Assembly: GCA_029856365.1 (NCBI GenBank)
Contig: JAHQWW010000060.1
Coordinates: forward strand, 1 to 22,259
Length of the DNA stretch: 22,259 nucleotides
Source of the DNA: Candidatus Hodarchaeota archaeon
Lineage (GTDB): Archaea; Asgardarchaeota; Heimdallarchaeia; Hodarchaeales; Hodarchaeaceae
Direction: 5' to 3'
This document shows positions 8,231-17,442 of the stretch, piece after piece. Under the pieces are notes generated by a model. The model saw only the letters and a program-made list of their open reading frames with translations, searched no databases and was not told the DNA's origin. Within the stretch, counting starts at the first letter, position 1. Every line of letters starts with the position of its first letter. A program made the translations under genes and the position numbers.

Positions 8231-9679
8231 ATGGAGAAAAGGGTATTAGGTGAATTAGAACCACATATTGTTTGGAATTTGTTTGAGGATATTTCGCAGA
8301 TTCCTCGAGAGTCAAAAAAGGAGGAAAAGATACGTGTATGGATAAAAAATTGGGCACAAAAGCATCAGATATCATATGAAGAAGATTCCACTGGAAATCT
8401 TTTACTAAAAGTAAAAGCTTCAAAAGGAGGTGAAGAGTATCCTGGAGTGATTCTGCAGGCTCATCTAGATATGGTGGCTCAGAAAGTTCCTGAAAGTTCC
8501 CATGATTTTGATAATGATCCAATTCCATTAAAAATTGTTGATGACTATGTTACAGCTGATGGTACTACCCTAGGAGCTGATAATGGGATTGGAGTCGCGA
8601 TGGCGCTTGCAGCAATAAGTAATCCTCTCCTTAAACACGGCCCTATTGATGTAATATTAACTGTAGATGAAGAAACAGGATTAACTGGTGCTTTTGCAAT
8701 AGATAAAGAATTTATTAAATACAGATATCTTCTCAACTTAGATTCAGAAGATGAAGGAGAAATAACAGTTTCTAGTGCTGGAGGAGGAGAAACTAAATTT
8801 ATTCTACCAGTTACTTGGGATACTAAACCATCTTTGACTGGATTCAAGCTAACTGTGGGTGGTCTAACTGGTGGACATTCTGGAGTGGATATTCATAAAT
8901 CACGACTTAATGCTATCAAAATTTTAATCGAGGGGATAATCAATATTCGTCAAAAAGTAGATTATGATTTCCACCTATGTACCATTAGAGGAGGTAGTGC
9001 ACACAATGCTATTCCCCGTGATGCTTATTGTGAGTTTCTTGTAGACAACACTGAAGCTGTCAAACTGATGTTTGATGAATGGAGGTCTCAAATTAAAACA
9101 TATCGTACAAATGAACCTGGTATCAAAGTGGATTTACAAGAAATATCTCTTGATACATGTGTGACTTCAACAAACTCAATTCTCACATTGTTATATGAAA
9201 TACCCCATGGAGCTCTAGCTTTTTCCAAAGATATTCCAGACTTGGTAGAAACATCTAATAATCTCGCACTAGTAAAAACCTCATCAGACTCAATTGAAAT
9301 AATAGCGAGTACTCGTAGTTCTATTGATGAAGAGCTTCATCGAGTGAGAACTGAACTCAAAGAACTTGGAGAGAGAGTATCCGCCCAAGTTATTCAGAAC
9401 CCAACATATCCAGGGTGGCAACCTGATTTAGATTCAGCATTTCTAAATTTAGTTAAGCAAGAATACGATCGTGAGTATAAGCAAGAATCAAAACTAAAAG
9501 CGATCCATGCAGGATTAGAAACTGGTTTATTTAAGGGAATAGATCCTGATTTACAACTTGTTTCTATTGGTCCTGAGATTAAAGACGCACATTCACCTCA
9601 AGAGAGAGTCTATATCAAGTCAGTGGAGTTAATTTGGCGGATTGTTGTAGCTGTACTATCTAAACTCGATCAAATTTAG
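8231..9679 (+). CDS. pepD: Aminoacyl-histidine (beta-Ala-His) dipeptidase, M20C family
   Basis: QAHLDMV, TTLGADNGIG, VDEETG, NLDSE, GGHSG, HAGLE and AHSPQE motifs. Start placed at ATG 8231 because GAGGT is at 8218-8222; the track start is 8213. Confidence 0.93.
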   Translation: MEKRVLGELEPHIVWNLFEDISQIPRESKKEEKIRVWIKNWAQKHQISYEEDSTGNLLLKVKASKGGEEYPGVILQAHLDMVAQKVPESSHDFDNDPIPLKIVDDYVTADGTTLGADNGIGVAMALAAISNPLLKHGPIDVILTVDEETGLTGAFAIDKEFIKYRYLLNLDSEDEGEITVSSAGGGETKFILPVTWDTKPSLTGFKLTVGGLTGGHSGVDIHKSRLNAIKILIEGIINIRQKVDYDFHLCTIRGGSAHNAIPRDAYCEFLVDNTEAVKLMFDEWRSQIKTYRTNEPGIKVDLQEISLDTCVTSTNSILTLLYEIPHGALAFSKDIPDLVETSNNLALVKTSSDSIEIIASTRSSIDEELHRVRTELKELGERVSAQVIQNPTYPGWQPDLDSAFLNLVKQEYDREYKQESKLKAIHAGLETGLFKGIDPDLQLVSIGPEIKDAHSPQERVYIKSVELIWRIVVAVLSKLDQI

Positions 9680-9709
9680 TTTTTTCATTATAGAAAGGGG
9701 TACCAACTG

Positions 9710-10369
9710 ATGGTTCATATTCGAAATTACCAGGCCAGAGATCGAAAAGGAGTAATAAATGTATGTTGGCATACAGGCTACATGGGAGAAAGTGCAGCTG
9801 GCCGTTTTGATGATTCATATCTCTTTGGGCTATTATTTTGCCTATATTACATTGATTATGAACCAGAAAACTGTTTTATAGCTATTGATGAAAAAACTGG
9901 GCAAGTAATCGGATACATTTTAAGTAGTATAGATTCTAAAAAGCAAGAAAAACAGTTTCGCAAGAAAATGATTCCTAAAATAGCTCTCAGGGCTTTTCTA
10001 TACACTTTATGGCGTCATCCAAGAAGTTTCCGAGTCTTATGGCACTTTAAGAAGATTTGGGGAAATGAACCTAAGATTCCGAATATAGAAACTCTTTTAG
10101 CACCATATCCTGCACACATTCATATTGACATCCTTCCTGAATACCATAGGCAAGGTATCGGAACCCAATTATTAGAAATTTTTGAAAAACATCTGAAAGA
10201 TCACAATATTAAAGGGTTTCATCTTGGAACTAGTGAACAAAATTCTAAGGCAATTCAATTCTATCAAAAGCTAAATTTTTCAGTTATTTATGAAGGACCG
10301 AGTGGTTACGGGATGTGGCCTGATACTCCTGAAATTAAGTCGTTAATTTTTGCAAAAGAGGTAAAATAA
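9710..10369 (+). CDS. GNAT family N-acetyltransferase
   Basis: Acetyl-CoA-binding motif HIDILPEYHRQGIGTQL and N-x-x-AIQFYQKLNF. Confidence 0.9.
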   Translation: MVHIRNYQARDRKGVINVCWHTGYMGESAAGRFDDSYLFGLLFCLYYIDYEPENCFIAIDEKTGQVIGYILSSIDSKKQEKQFRKKMIPKIALRAFLYTLWRHPRSFRVLWHFKKIWGNEPKIPNIETLLAPYPAHIHIDILPEYHRQGIGTQLLEIFEKHLKDHNIKGFHLGTSEQNSKAIQFYQKLNFSVIYEGPSGYGMWPDTPEIKSLIFAKEVK

Positions 10370-10380
10370 TGGGTTTGATA

Positions 10381-11208
10381 TCAAGTAATTAAAATTGATT
10401 CAATCATAACAAAACTAATTATGAAAAGTGATACAATTACTATCGAGGAAATGTGCTCAGAACGAATACGTGTACGAATTCTACAGCCAATCTCACTTCC
10501 AAATATTAGGCCCAATGTTAATGGAATAAAAAGAAGTGACAAATGCCCATAAAGAACGTGGATCATTCCCCCCACAGCTGAAGTTATAATAATCATAAAT
10601 GTAGCGGTAGCCGTGGCAATACGAGGAGGAATAGCAAAGCCTAGAATCATTAAAGGTGTAGTTATCCATCCACATCCAATGCCCAACATTCCTGCAATTA
10701 CTCCAATAAAAAGGCCCGCGATTACTAAAGCAAAAATACCAACAGTATATGATCCTTTACCCGTGTGAGAGTTCATTTGGGGCCCAATAGTAGAAAATCT
10801 TTTGATCCACTTTCCTTCTTTTTTAGATTGGAAATCTTGTTTTCTATAGTCTCTGATCATTAATAGTCCCATAAAAAATGCTAAAAAACCGAATACTATC
10901 TGTAATAAATGTGAGGGAAGTATAGCAGTCAGATTTGCCCCAATAAACGCCCCTATCGCAGTAGGAATCTCAAATAATAATCCCAGCTTGAAGTTTACCT
11001 CTTTTTGACGACTATTTCTATATGTGGCTACGATTGAAGGAAGAAAAAGAGCAACTAAGGAATTAGCTACTGCTTCTTCAATGGGAATTTCAAAAATAAT
11101 TATTAAAACTGGTACAATAAAAACTCCACCACCAAATCCAGCAATAACACCAATTGTACCCACTAGTATGCATATTCCTAATAAAATAAGAAAAAACAAT
11201 GGATCCAA
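10381..11208 (-). CDS. TauE/SafE (sulfite exporter/TSUP) family membrane protein
   Basis: Two internal repeats with GFGGG...VP and GIGCG...TP motifs, A-x-A-N/T-S/A, and about 8 TM helices. Confidence 0.9.
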   Translation of the reverse strand: MDPLFFLILLGICILVGTIGVIAGFGGGVFIVPVLIIIFEIPIEEAVANSLVALFLPSIVATYRNSRQKEVNFKLGLLFEIPTAIGAFIGANLTAILPSHLLQIVFGFLAFFMGLLMIRDYRKQDFQSKKEGKWIKRFSTIGPQMNSHTGKGSYTVGIFALVIAGLFIGVIAGMLGIGCGWITTPLMILGFAIPPRIATATATFMIIITSAVGGMIHVLYGHLSLLFIPLTLGLIFGSEIGCRIRTRIRSEHISSIVIVSLFIISFVMIESILIT

Positions 11209-11295
11209 GAGACTCAGCCTATTAAAGTTCCGAATTAAAGATAAGAGGCACTTCTATGTTACGTTTTAAATGATAACGAAGTTGATATGAAAAAC

Positions 11296-12480
11296 TTATC
11301 TAACTTCTTCTGATTTGGCTATCTGTTCCATGAGTATCCCATCACGAATCCACTTATGGGCGCGGAAAACTTCTTTACCATATTTTTCCGCCAAACCATC
11401 AAGAAATAATGTTAAGTCAGCTAGATCAGTGTTTTCGGCAAGTTCAAATGGTCCCATGAGATTATTGAATGCTAGTTTCATCCCAGTATCTATGTCTTTG
11501 GCAGTACCAATGCCTTCTTCGAGTACTTTTACGGCCTCATTGATTTGTACTCGGATGGGTTTCATCATATCGAAGTCTGCTGGATCTGACTGATCGATTT
11601 CAGGTTTGCCCTTCTCCCAATTGTAAATACCTTTACCAGTTTTTTTACCTAACCTGTTTTCTTTCAGTAACTTTTCCATCGTTGAAGTTGGAGCGTAGTC
11701 TTTTGATAAGCGTTCAGAAAGATAATTCATACTATCATACACGATATCTAATCCAAGATAATCTTGCAGTTGATATGGACCAATTGGACTCCCCATGTTC
11801 ATAGCAGCTGCATCTATCTTTTCAGGAGGGTATTCTTTCCTATCAAGCATTAAATTCAGTAATAAAGTACTTGCTGCTATGATTCGATTGCAAATAAAAC
11901 CAGGACTGTCTTTAGAGAAAATCGGGATTTTATTTGATTTCTTTATGAAATCTGTCACAACTTTTATAGTCTCTTTAGAAGTCTTCTCACTTTTTACAAT
12001 TTCGACAATTGGCATTAAAACTGGAGGGTTAAAAAAATGAGTCCCAATAACTTTCTCAGGACGTTGTGTCACAGCACCTATTTCTGTTATACTCATATTA
12101 CTTGTGTTAGAAGCTAGGATAGCGTGTGTTGGCGCTAATTTATCTAAGTCACTGAAGATTTTCTTTTTGAGATCCAGTTTCTCTGGTGCTGCTTCAATGC
12201 ATAGATCAGCTTTTTTAATTGCTTCTTCAAGGTCAGTGGTTAAAGTAAGATTATTCATGAAATTCTTATAACCACCTTCAGAGATTTTATCTTTCTCTAT
12301 AAATCTTTTAAAAGACCATTCAATCCTCAATTTTCCATTTTCGACAATCTTATTATTAATATCATAAAGAGAAACACTATAACCAGACATCAGAGCAACT
12401 TGCGCAATACTGTGGCCCATAGCACCCGCTCCAATAACAGCTACATGTTTTATATCATCAATTTTCACTTCAACTTCCAC
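11296..12480 (-). CDS. 3-hydroxyacyl-CoA dehydrogenase (NAD-binding plus two C-terminal domains), stand-alone paralog
   Basis: GAGAMG Rossmann motif, IEAAPE, ASNTS, catalytic HFFNP...E, DSPGFICNR. The true start may be a few codons downstream (GTG-AAA-ATT). Confidence 0.93.
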   Translation of the reverse strand: MEVEVKIDDIKHVAVIGAGAMGHSIAQVALMSGYSVSLYDINNKIVENGKLRIEWSFKRFIEKDKISEGGYKNFMNNLTLTTDLEEAIKKADLCIEAAPEKLDLKKKIFSDLDKLAPTHAILASNTSNMSITEIGAVTQRPEKVIGTHFFNPPVLMPIVEIVKSEKTSKETIKVVTDFIKKSNKIPIFSKDSPGFICNRIIAASTLLLNLMLDRKEYPPEKIDAAAMNMGSPIGPYQLQDYLGLDIVYDSMNYLSERLSKDYAPTSTMEKLLKENRLGKKTGKGIYNWEKGKPEIDQSDPADFDMMKPIRVQINEAVKVLEEGIGTAKDIDTGMKLAFNNLMGPFELAENTDLADLTLFLDGLAEKYGKEVFRAHKWIRDGILMEQIAKSEEVR

Positions 12481-12765
12481 CTTCTTTGGAATAAGTAACT
12501 TTTAAAGTCAAAAAGAGTAAATTCCAATAATATAATTTATTTTTTTTGTCTAATTGCCGTTTTTGGATTCACTGAGAACATCCTCTGTGGAATTATTCGC
12601 CTATTCTTTTCTTCTGATTATAAATTCTCTAATTATTATTTACTAACTACTTTAAATTAAAGCTATATGTTAATATCAATTTTATTAAAAGGAGAAATAA
12701 CAAAATAAAAGGAATCATCCCAAATAGGGTGATTTATCCTGAGTTTTGATAAATCTTGATTTTCA

Positions 12766-12800
12766 GAAAAAAGTAGAAAAAAGGAGGAATGGGAAGTAAA
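12766..12800 (-). terminator. Pyrimidine/T-rich terminator after the HADH-ECH gene
   Basis: Minus strand TTTACTTCCCATTCCTCCTTTTTTCTACTTTTTTC follows the stop directly. Confidence 0.4.
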
Positions 12801-14783
12801 TCATCTGTATTTGAACTCTGGTTTCTTTTTCTGCATGAAGGACATAACGCCTTCTTGGAGATCTTCTGTAGTGAAGTTAAGAGCAGAACCATAACTTTCC
12901 CATTCGAGGCCTACATCAAGGGGAATTTGACTACCAAAGTTAACTAATTGTTTAACAATACCTACTGAGATGGGAGCACTTCTAAGTGCTATCTTTTTAG
13001 CGACTTCATATACTTCTTCTTCAAAATCTTCATCGTCAATTGCACGATTGATCAATCCCATTTTGAAAGCTCGTTTGGCTTCAATCCGTTCACCAGTAAG
13101 AATCAGTTCCATAGTTTTACCAATACCTAGGTGTCGAACCATTAGTTGTGTACCACCCCAACCTGGAATTAATCCTAGCGTCACTTCAGTCAGTCCCATC
13201 TTGGCACTTTTTTTGGCAAAACGTAGGTCGCAACTCATTGCTAGTTCTAATCCCCCACCAAATGCATACCGTTCAATTGCTGCAATAACTGGCTTGGGAA
13301 CGTCACGGAAACGCTTGAAAGTTCGTTGTCCTCTCACAACACCCTTTTTCACGTCCCAGGCGCTGTCGTAAAGACCTGATGCCATGTCGAATCCACCAGA
13401 GAAGCAATTTGCTGCACCTTTCAATACAATTACACGTGTCTCATTATCGTCAACAAGGAGTTCTAACGCGCTTCCGAGATCAGTTAATAGCTGAGTATCC
13501 ATCAGATTTAGTGGGGGACGATTCATCAGAAGTGTTGTGACAAAATTTTCTGGATCCTTAATGATTTTAACGGTTTCAAATTCAAAAGGAGATTTTTTCT
13601 CTTCTTTTACTACACCTTTTGCGCGATCAGGTAATGATCCATCACGAATCCAATCATGGGCTCGATAAATTTCTTTACCATATTTATCTGCTAAACCATC
13701 TAAAAATTCGGTTAATTCCTTTAAGTCAGTGGTCTCAGCCATCTCTATTGGACCAAAAGGGTTATTAAATCCCTTTTTCATGGCAATATCGATTTCTTTG
13801 GCAGTAGTTAGACCCTCTTCCAACACTTTTGCAGCTTCATTGATTTGGATCCTTAACAGATTCATTAGATCAAAATCAGCTGCTTTTTCACCAATCTCTG
13901 GTCTTCCTACCTCTGGCCATTCATAAATCCCAGAACCTGTTTTTTTACCGAGATTTTTGTTCTTAAATAACTTTTCTAAGCTAGCAGGTGGTTTATAATC
14001 CTTGTGAAGACGATCCCCAAAGTAATTTAGGAGATGATAGGATATATCTAAACCTGTGAAGTCAGCTAATTCATATATACCCATTCTCATGCCCATATTC
14101 ATACAAGCTCTATCAACCTCTGCAGGTTTATATTCTTTGTTATCATACATGAGATACATCCATAACATCGTGGGAGCGTTGATTCGATTGGCGATAAAAC
14201 CTGGGCTGTCTTTCATACATACAACTGGGTCTTTTAGAGATTTTTTAGAAAAATCAACGAGTATTTTTATTGTTTCATCGGAGGTTTTAGCACCTTTGGT
14301 AATTTCAATCAATTGCATCATGACTGGAGGATTGAAGTAATGAAGTCCTACCACTTTTTCAGGCCTGTTAGTTGCAGCTCCAATTTCATCAATACTCATA
14401 CTAGAAGTATTCGATGCTAATATTGCGTGCTTTGGTGCGAACTTATCTAAATTCCCAAAGATTTCTTTTTTCAAATCTAATATTTCAGGAGCAGCTTCGA
14501 TGCAGAGATCAGCATTTTTCACAGCTTCTTCTAAGTCTATTGTTGTAGTAAGATTATCCATGAACTTCTTGTAATCGCTTTCAGAAATACGTGCTTTTTC
14601 AGCGAATTTTTGAAGACTCCAGTCGATCCGGCTTTTTCCCTTTTCGACAAATTCATCGGCGATATCATACATACTAACCGTATATCCAGTCATAAGAGCT
14701 ACTTCTGCAATACCATGACCCATATCACCAGCTCCAATGACTGCAATGTGTTTAATATCATCTATTTTCATTTTTTTCACCAA
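12801..14783 (-). CDS. Bifunctional 3-hydroxyacyl-CoA dehydrogenase / enoyl-CoA hydratase (archaeal order: dehydrogenase N-terminal, crotonase C-terminal)
   Basis: N-terminal part: GAGDMG, ASNTS, HYFNPP...E. C-terminal part: MNRPPLN, FSGGFD, AFGGGLELAMSCD and LTEVTLGLIPGWGGTQ, with both catalytic Glu present. Confidence 0.95.
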   Translation of the reverse strand: MVKKMKIDDIKHIAVIGAGDMGHGIAEVALMTGYTVSMYDIADEFVEKGKSRIDWSLQKFAEKARISESDYKKFMDNLTTTIDLEEAVKNADLCIEAAPEILDLKKEIFGNLDKFAPKHAILASNTSSMSIDEIGAATNRPEKVVGLHYFNPPVMMQLIEITKGAKTSDETIKILVDFSKKSLKDPVVCMKDSPGFIANRINAPTMLWMYLMYDNKEYKPAEVDRACMNMGMRMGIYELADFTGLDISYHLLNYFGDRLHKDYKPPASLEKLFKNKNLGKKTGSGIYEWPEVGRPEIGEKAADFDLMNLLRIQINEAAKVLEEGLTTAKEIDIAMKKGFNNPFGPIEMAETTDLKELTEFLDGLADKYGKEIYRAHDWIRDGSLPDRAKGVVKEEKKSPFEFETVKIIKDPENFVTTLLMNRPPLNLMDTQLLTDLGSALELLVDDNETRVIVLKGAANCFSGGFDMASGLYDSAWDVKKGVVRGQRTFKRFRDVPKPVIAAIERYAFGGGLELAMSCDLRFAKKSAKMGLTEVTLGLIPGWGGTQLMVRHLGIGKTMELILTGERIEAKRAFKMGLINRAIDDEDFEEEVYEVAKKIALRSAPISVGIVKQLVNFGSQIPLDVGLEWESYGSALNFTTEDLQEGVMSFMQKKKPEFKYR

Positions 14784-14800
14784 TTTAATTAGACTGAAAA

Positions 14801-15991
14801 TTATCCTCCTTTCTCAATAATAGTCGCAACTCCCTGACCACCACCTACGCAAGCATTTGCTAATCCATATCGACCATCCTCCCAATTTAGGATTCGTGCA
14901 AGAGTTCCTACCAATCTGGTTCCTGATGCCCCAAGAGGATGACCAATGGCTACTGCTCCGCCCTTTACATTTACTTTGTTCCTATCAATACCTAGTTCTT
15001 TTATACAATTTAAAGCAACAATTGAAAACGCTTCGTTTATTTCCCAGAAATCAATGTCTTTTACTTTCATACCAGCGTGTTTTAATGCCATCTTACTTGC
15101 TGGTACGGGTCCTAAACCCATAATGCCTGGATTTACAGCTGCCCAACCAAATGATCGTAAGGTAGCTAATGGATCGATTCCATATTCTTTAGCTTTATCT
15201 TTTGACATTAAAATCATTGCTGTTGCTCCAGCATTCAACGGGGAAGAATTCCCTGGAGTAATCTGACCCTCGAAATCGAATGAAGGTTGTAAAGACGCCA
15301 TTATCTCCATCGTGCTACCTCTTCTCACTGACGCGTCTAGATCGAAGATTTCGCCATTTGGTAATTCAATCGGCATTAATTCGTCCTTGAAGAAACCCTC
15401 ATCTTGTGCTTTTGCAGCAAGATCATGTGATTCGAGGCTGTAATGGTCAATATGCTCTCTTGTTATCCCAAATTTCTCTCCTGCTCGTTTTAACAATTTT
15501 TCTGCTGTTAACCCCATAACAAATCCAGTAACAAAGTCATATTTCTCATATTCTTCCATAGTTAGTTCTGCTGTTGGAGGATCTATGTATGGATTGTCTG
15601 CCATTGGAATATGAGTCATGTGTTCTATTCCAGCAGAAACAGTAATGTCAGAATAACCAGTCATAATTTGCATAGCTCCCCAATGAATGGTGGTCATGGA
15701 GGATCCACATTGACGATCTATTCCACATCCAGGGACGGTCTCTGGCAGCCCTGCCAATGCTATAATGGGGCGTGCCCCATATAACCATTGTTCCATAACT
15801 GGAAAGGCTGCTCCAACGGCTACGTCACCTATTTCTTTGGGATCAATTCCTTTTCGATCGACCATAGTTTTGATCAGTTTTGCTGTAAGGATATCCATAC
15901 GGAAATCATTTAATTTATCTCTTTCAGGAGCATTCGGTCTTGACCTTGAGAAAGGTGTCCGTAAATAATCGGCAATAACAACTTCTCGCAT
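14801..15991 (-). CDS. Acetyl-CoA C-acyltransferase (3-ketoacyl-CoA thiolase)
   Basis: DRQCGSS (catalytic Cys), INEAF, GHPLGASG and CVGGGQG motifs. Start moved to ATG 15991 because the track's GTG (16003) is part of an AGGTGA SD. Confidence 0.95.
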   Translation of the reverse strand: MREVVIADYLRTPFSRSRPNAPERDKLNDFRMDILTAKLIKTMVDRKGIDPKEIGDVAVGAAFPVMEQWLYGARPIIALAGLPETVPGCGIDRQCGSSMTTIHWGAMQIMTGYSDITVSAGIEHMTHIPMADNPYIDPPTAELTMEEYEKYDFVTGFVMGLTAEKLLKRAGEKFGITREHIDHYSLESHDLAAKAQDEGFFKDELMPIELPNGEIFDLDASVRRGSTMEIMASLQPSFDFEGQITPGNSSPLNAGATAMILMSKDKAKEYGIDPLATLRSFGWAAVNPGIMGLGPVPASKMALKHAGMKVKDIDFWEINEAFSIVALNCIKELGIDRNKVNVKGGAVAIGHPLGASGTRLVGTLARILNWEDGRYGLANACVGGGQGVATIIEKGG

Positions 15992-16054
15992 ATCGTTTTT
16001 CACCTTTTATTACTTTTTTTCTTTCGTTTTCGAATAATTCCTTATGAAATCCAC

Positions 16055-16135
16055 AGAAAAGGAGGGAATTTCAAAATTATTTTCTTCTTTTCTGAGTGAG
16101 GGTAATTTTGAAGGGTACTCCTTCTATAGCTATAG
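16055..16135 (-). promoter_or_regulatory. Long imperfect inverted repeat plus 12-bp palindrome upstream of thiolase
   Basis: TTCAAAATTA (16070-79)/TAATTTTGAA (16103-12) and AAGGAG (16059-64)/CTCCTT (16118-23) form nested stems. CTATAGCTATAG at 16124-16135 is a perfect palindrome. Confidence 0.45.
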
Positions 16136-16393
16136 TAAATGGAATTAATTTAAACAATAAGGGTTTAATTAAAAATATTTGCGCTTTTTTTTTGCTCTAC
16201 GGCTTTATTACTGCTATTTTGTGATTACAGATTATTAAATATCGAGAGTTAGTGATAGAACTTGACGTTGAAAAGCAATAAGATAAATAAATTCAAATGA
16301 GAATACTAAAAGGAATAAACATGAAAAAAGAGAAATATTTAAATACGGATAATCTAAATCATTAAAGAAATTATGTTGTTTTAAGATATTGAA

Positions 16394-16738
16394 TTATTCA
16401 AGAAGTTTCTTCCCGATCAGAGTTAATTTCATTGTTGACATGACATCTCCCTCAATTTTTAGGTTCTTTGCAAAAAATTCCTTTTGGCCATCTTTTTCAC
16501 CGCTTGAGATTTCTGCCCATAATTTACTCGAACACTTGAAAGTAAAAGAAACTTTTTCAATGGCTCCTTCTTTAAACTCAGCTGTTCCATCTGTATTGAA
16601 GATTCCATGAAATATCCCCTCTTCACCTTCAAGGTCATATGCTGCTATCTTATTCCAGTTTTTGAGCATTTCCTGAACTTCTTTATTATTATTTATTCCA
16701 ACTACCATCATTTTTACAGCTTCTTTTCCGATACCCAA
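16394..16738 (-). CDS. SCP2 sterol/lipid-binding domain protein (114 aa), copy B
   Basis: SCP2 C-terminal motif W-x-x-I-x-x-G-x-x-D-x-x-x-x-FF-x-x-x-LKIEGDVM-x-x-MKL. Start reassigned to TTG 16738 (AGGTG SD upstream, gapless alignment to copy A) instead of the track's 16843. Confidence 0.85.
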   Translation of the reverse strand: MGIGKEAVKMMVVGINNNKEVQEMLKNWNKIAAYDLEGEEGIFHGIFNTDGTAEFKEGAIEKVSFTFKCSSKLWAEISSGEKDGQKEFFAKNLKIEGDVMSTMKLTLIGKKLLE

Positions 16739-16865
16739 ATTTTCACACCTTATTGAATTTAAAATGCAGTTTAGTTTCTTTTTTGTTTTAAAAGTGTCGC
16801 CATTGTTATATAAATAGGTGTAAATAAAGTAATTCAACACCATGAAATGAATAATTTTTTAGATG

Positions 16866-16918
16866 GAGAAAAATAGAAAAAAAGAGATTCTAATGAAATA
16901 AAAGGGAAAAAAAGAGGA
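16866..16918 (-). terminator. T-rich terminator between SCP2 copies
   Basis: The minus strand has repeated CTCTTTTTTTC tracts right after the copy A stop. Confidence 0.4.
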
Positions 16919-16919
16919 T

Positions 16920-17264
16920 TTATCCTTGAAGTTTCTTAATGACGGGCAACAATTTCATTGTACCCATCACGTCACCCTCAATCTTGTATTTTTTAGCGAA
17001 GAAGGCCTTTTGAGCGTCTTCTTTCCCCGCTGAGATATCTGCCCATATTTGAGTTGGTCCGATGAATGTGAAGTGTGCTTTGTCTGGTTCTCCTTCATGA
17101 AATTCCGCGGAACCATCGGCTTTATGTTCCACCCAGAATGGTCCATCTTCACCTTCGAGTTTGTAACATGCGTTCTTAACCCAATTTTTTAGCATTCCTT
17201 TTACTTCATCATTTGCGTTAATTGCGTTAACAAATTCTATTACTGAGTCTTTTCCAGCGCCCAT
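16920..17264 (-). CDS. SCP2 sterol/lipid-binding domain protein (114 aa), copy A
   Basis: FTF...WADISAGKEDAQKAFFAKKYKIEGDVMGTMKL matches the SCP2 pattern. ATG 17264 is preceded by GTGA. Confidence 0.88.
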   Translation of the reverse strand: MGAGKDSVIEFVNAINANDEVKGMLKNWVKNACYKLEGEDGPFWVEHKADGSAEFHEGEPDKAHFTFIGPTQIWADISAGKEDAQKAFFAKKYKIEGDVMGTMKLLPVIKKLQG

Positions 17265-17442
17265 ATTTATCACGTCATTTTTTTTTTAGTAAATATATTA
17301 TTAATAAGATAAGAATAGCAGGTTAGCCTTATGATTGAAGTCTTAACCCAGTTTCTTATACTAAAAGTTCTTCTTGGAGTTCTATTTAAGAAAATTGTGC
17401 TTATATTAGAATTACAATATAACCTGATTTAATTTGGGAAAT

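Noticed and set aside
14801-15991. SCPx-type thiolase or thiolase-SCP2 fusion/readthrough
   Set aside because: The motifs are canonical NEAF/GHP/CxG, and a ~400-bp AT-rich spacer separates the thiolase from SCP2-B.
16739-16843. 35-aa N-terminal extension of SCP2-B in the ORF track
   Set aside because: An SD and gapless paralog alignment point to TTG 16738; the extension is AT-rich promoter-like sequence.
16394-16935. Peroxisomal PTS1-like C-termini on the SCP2 proteins
   Set aside because: The ends are KKLLE and KKLQG, not terminal SKL/AKL.
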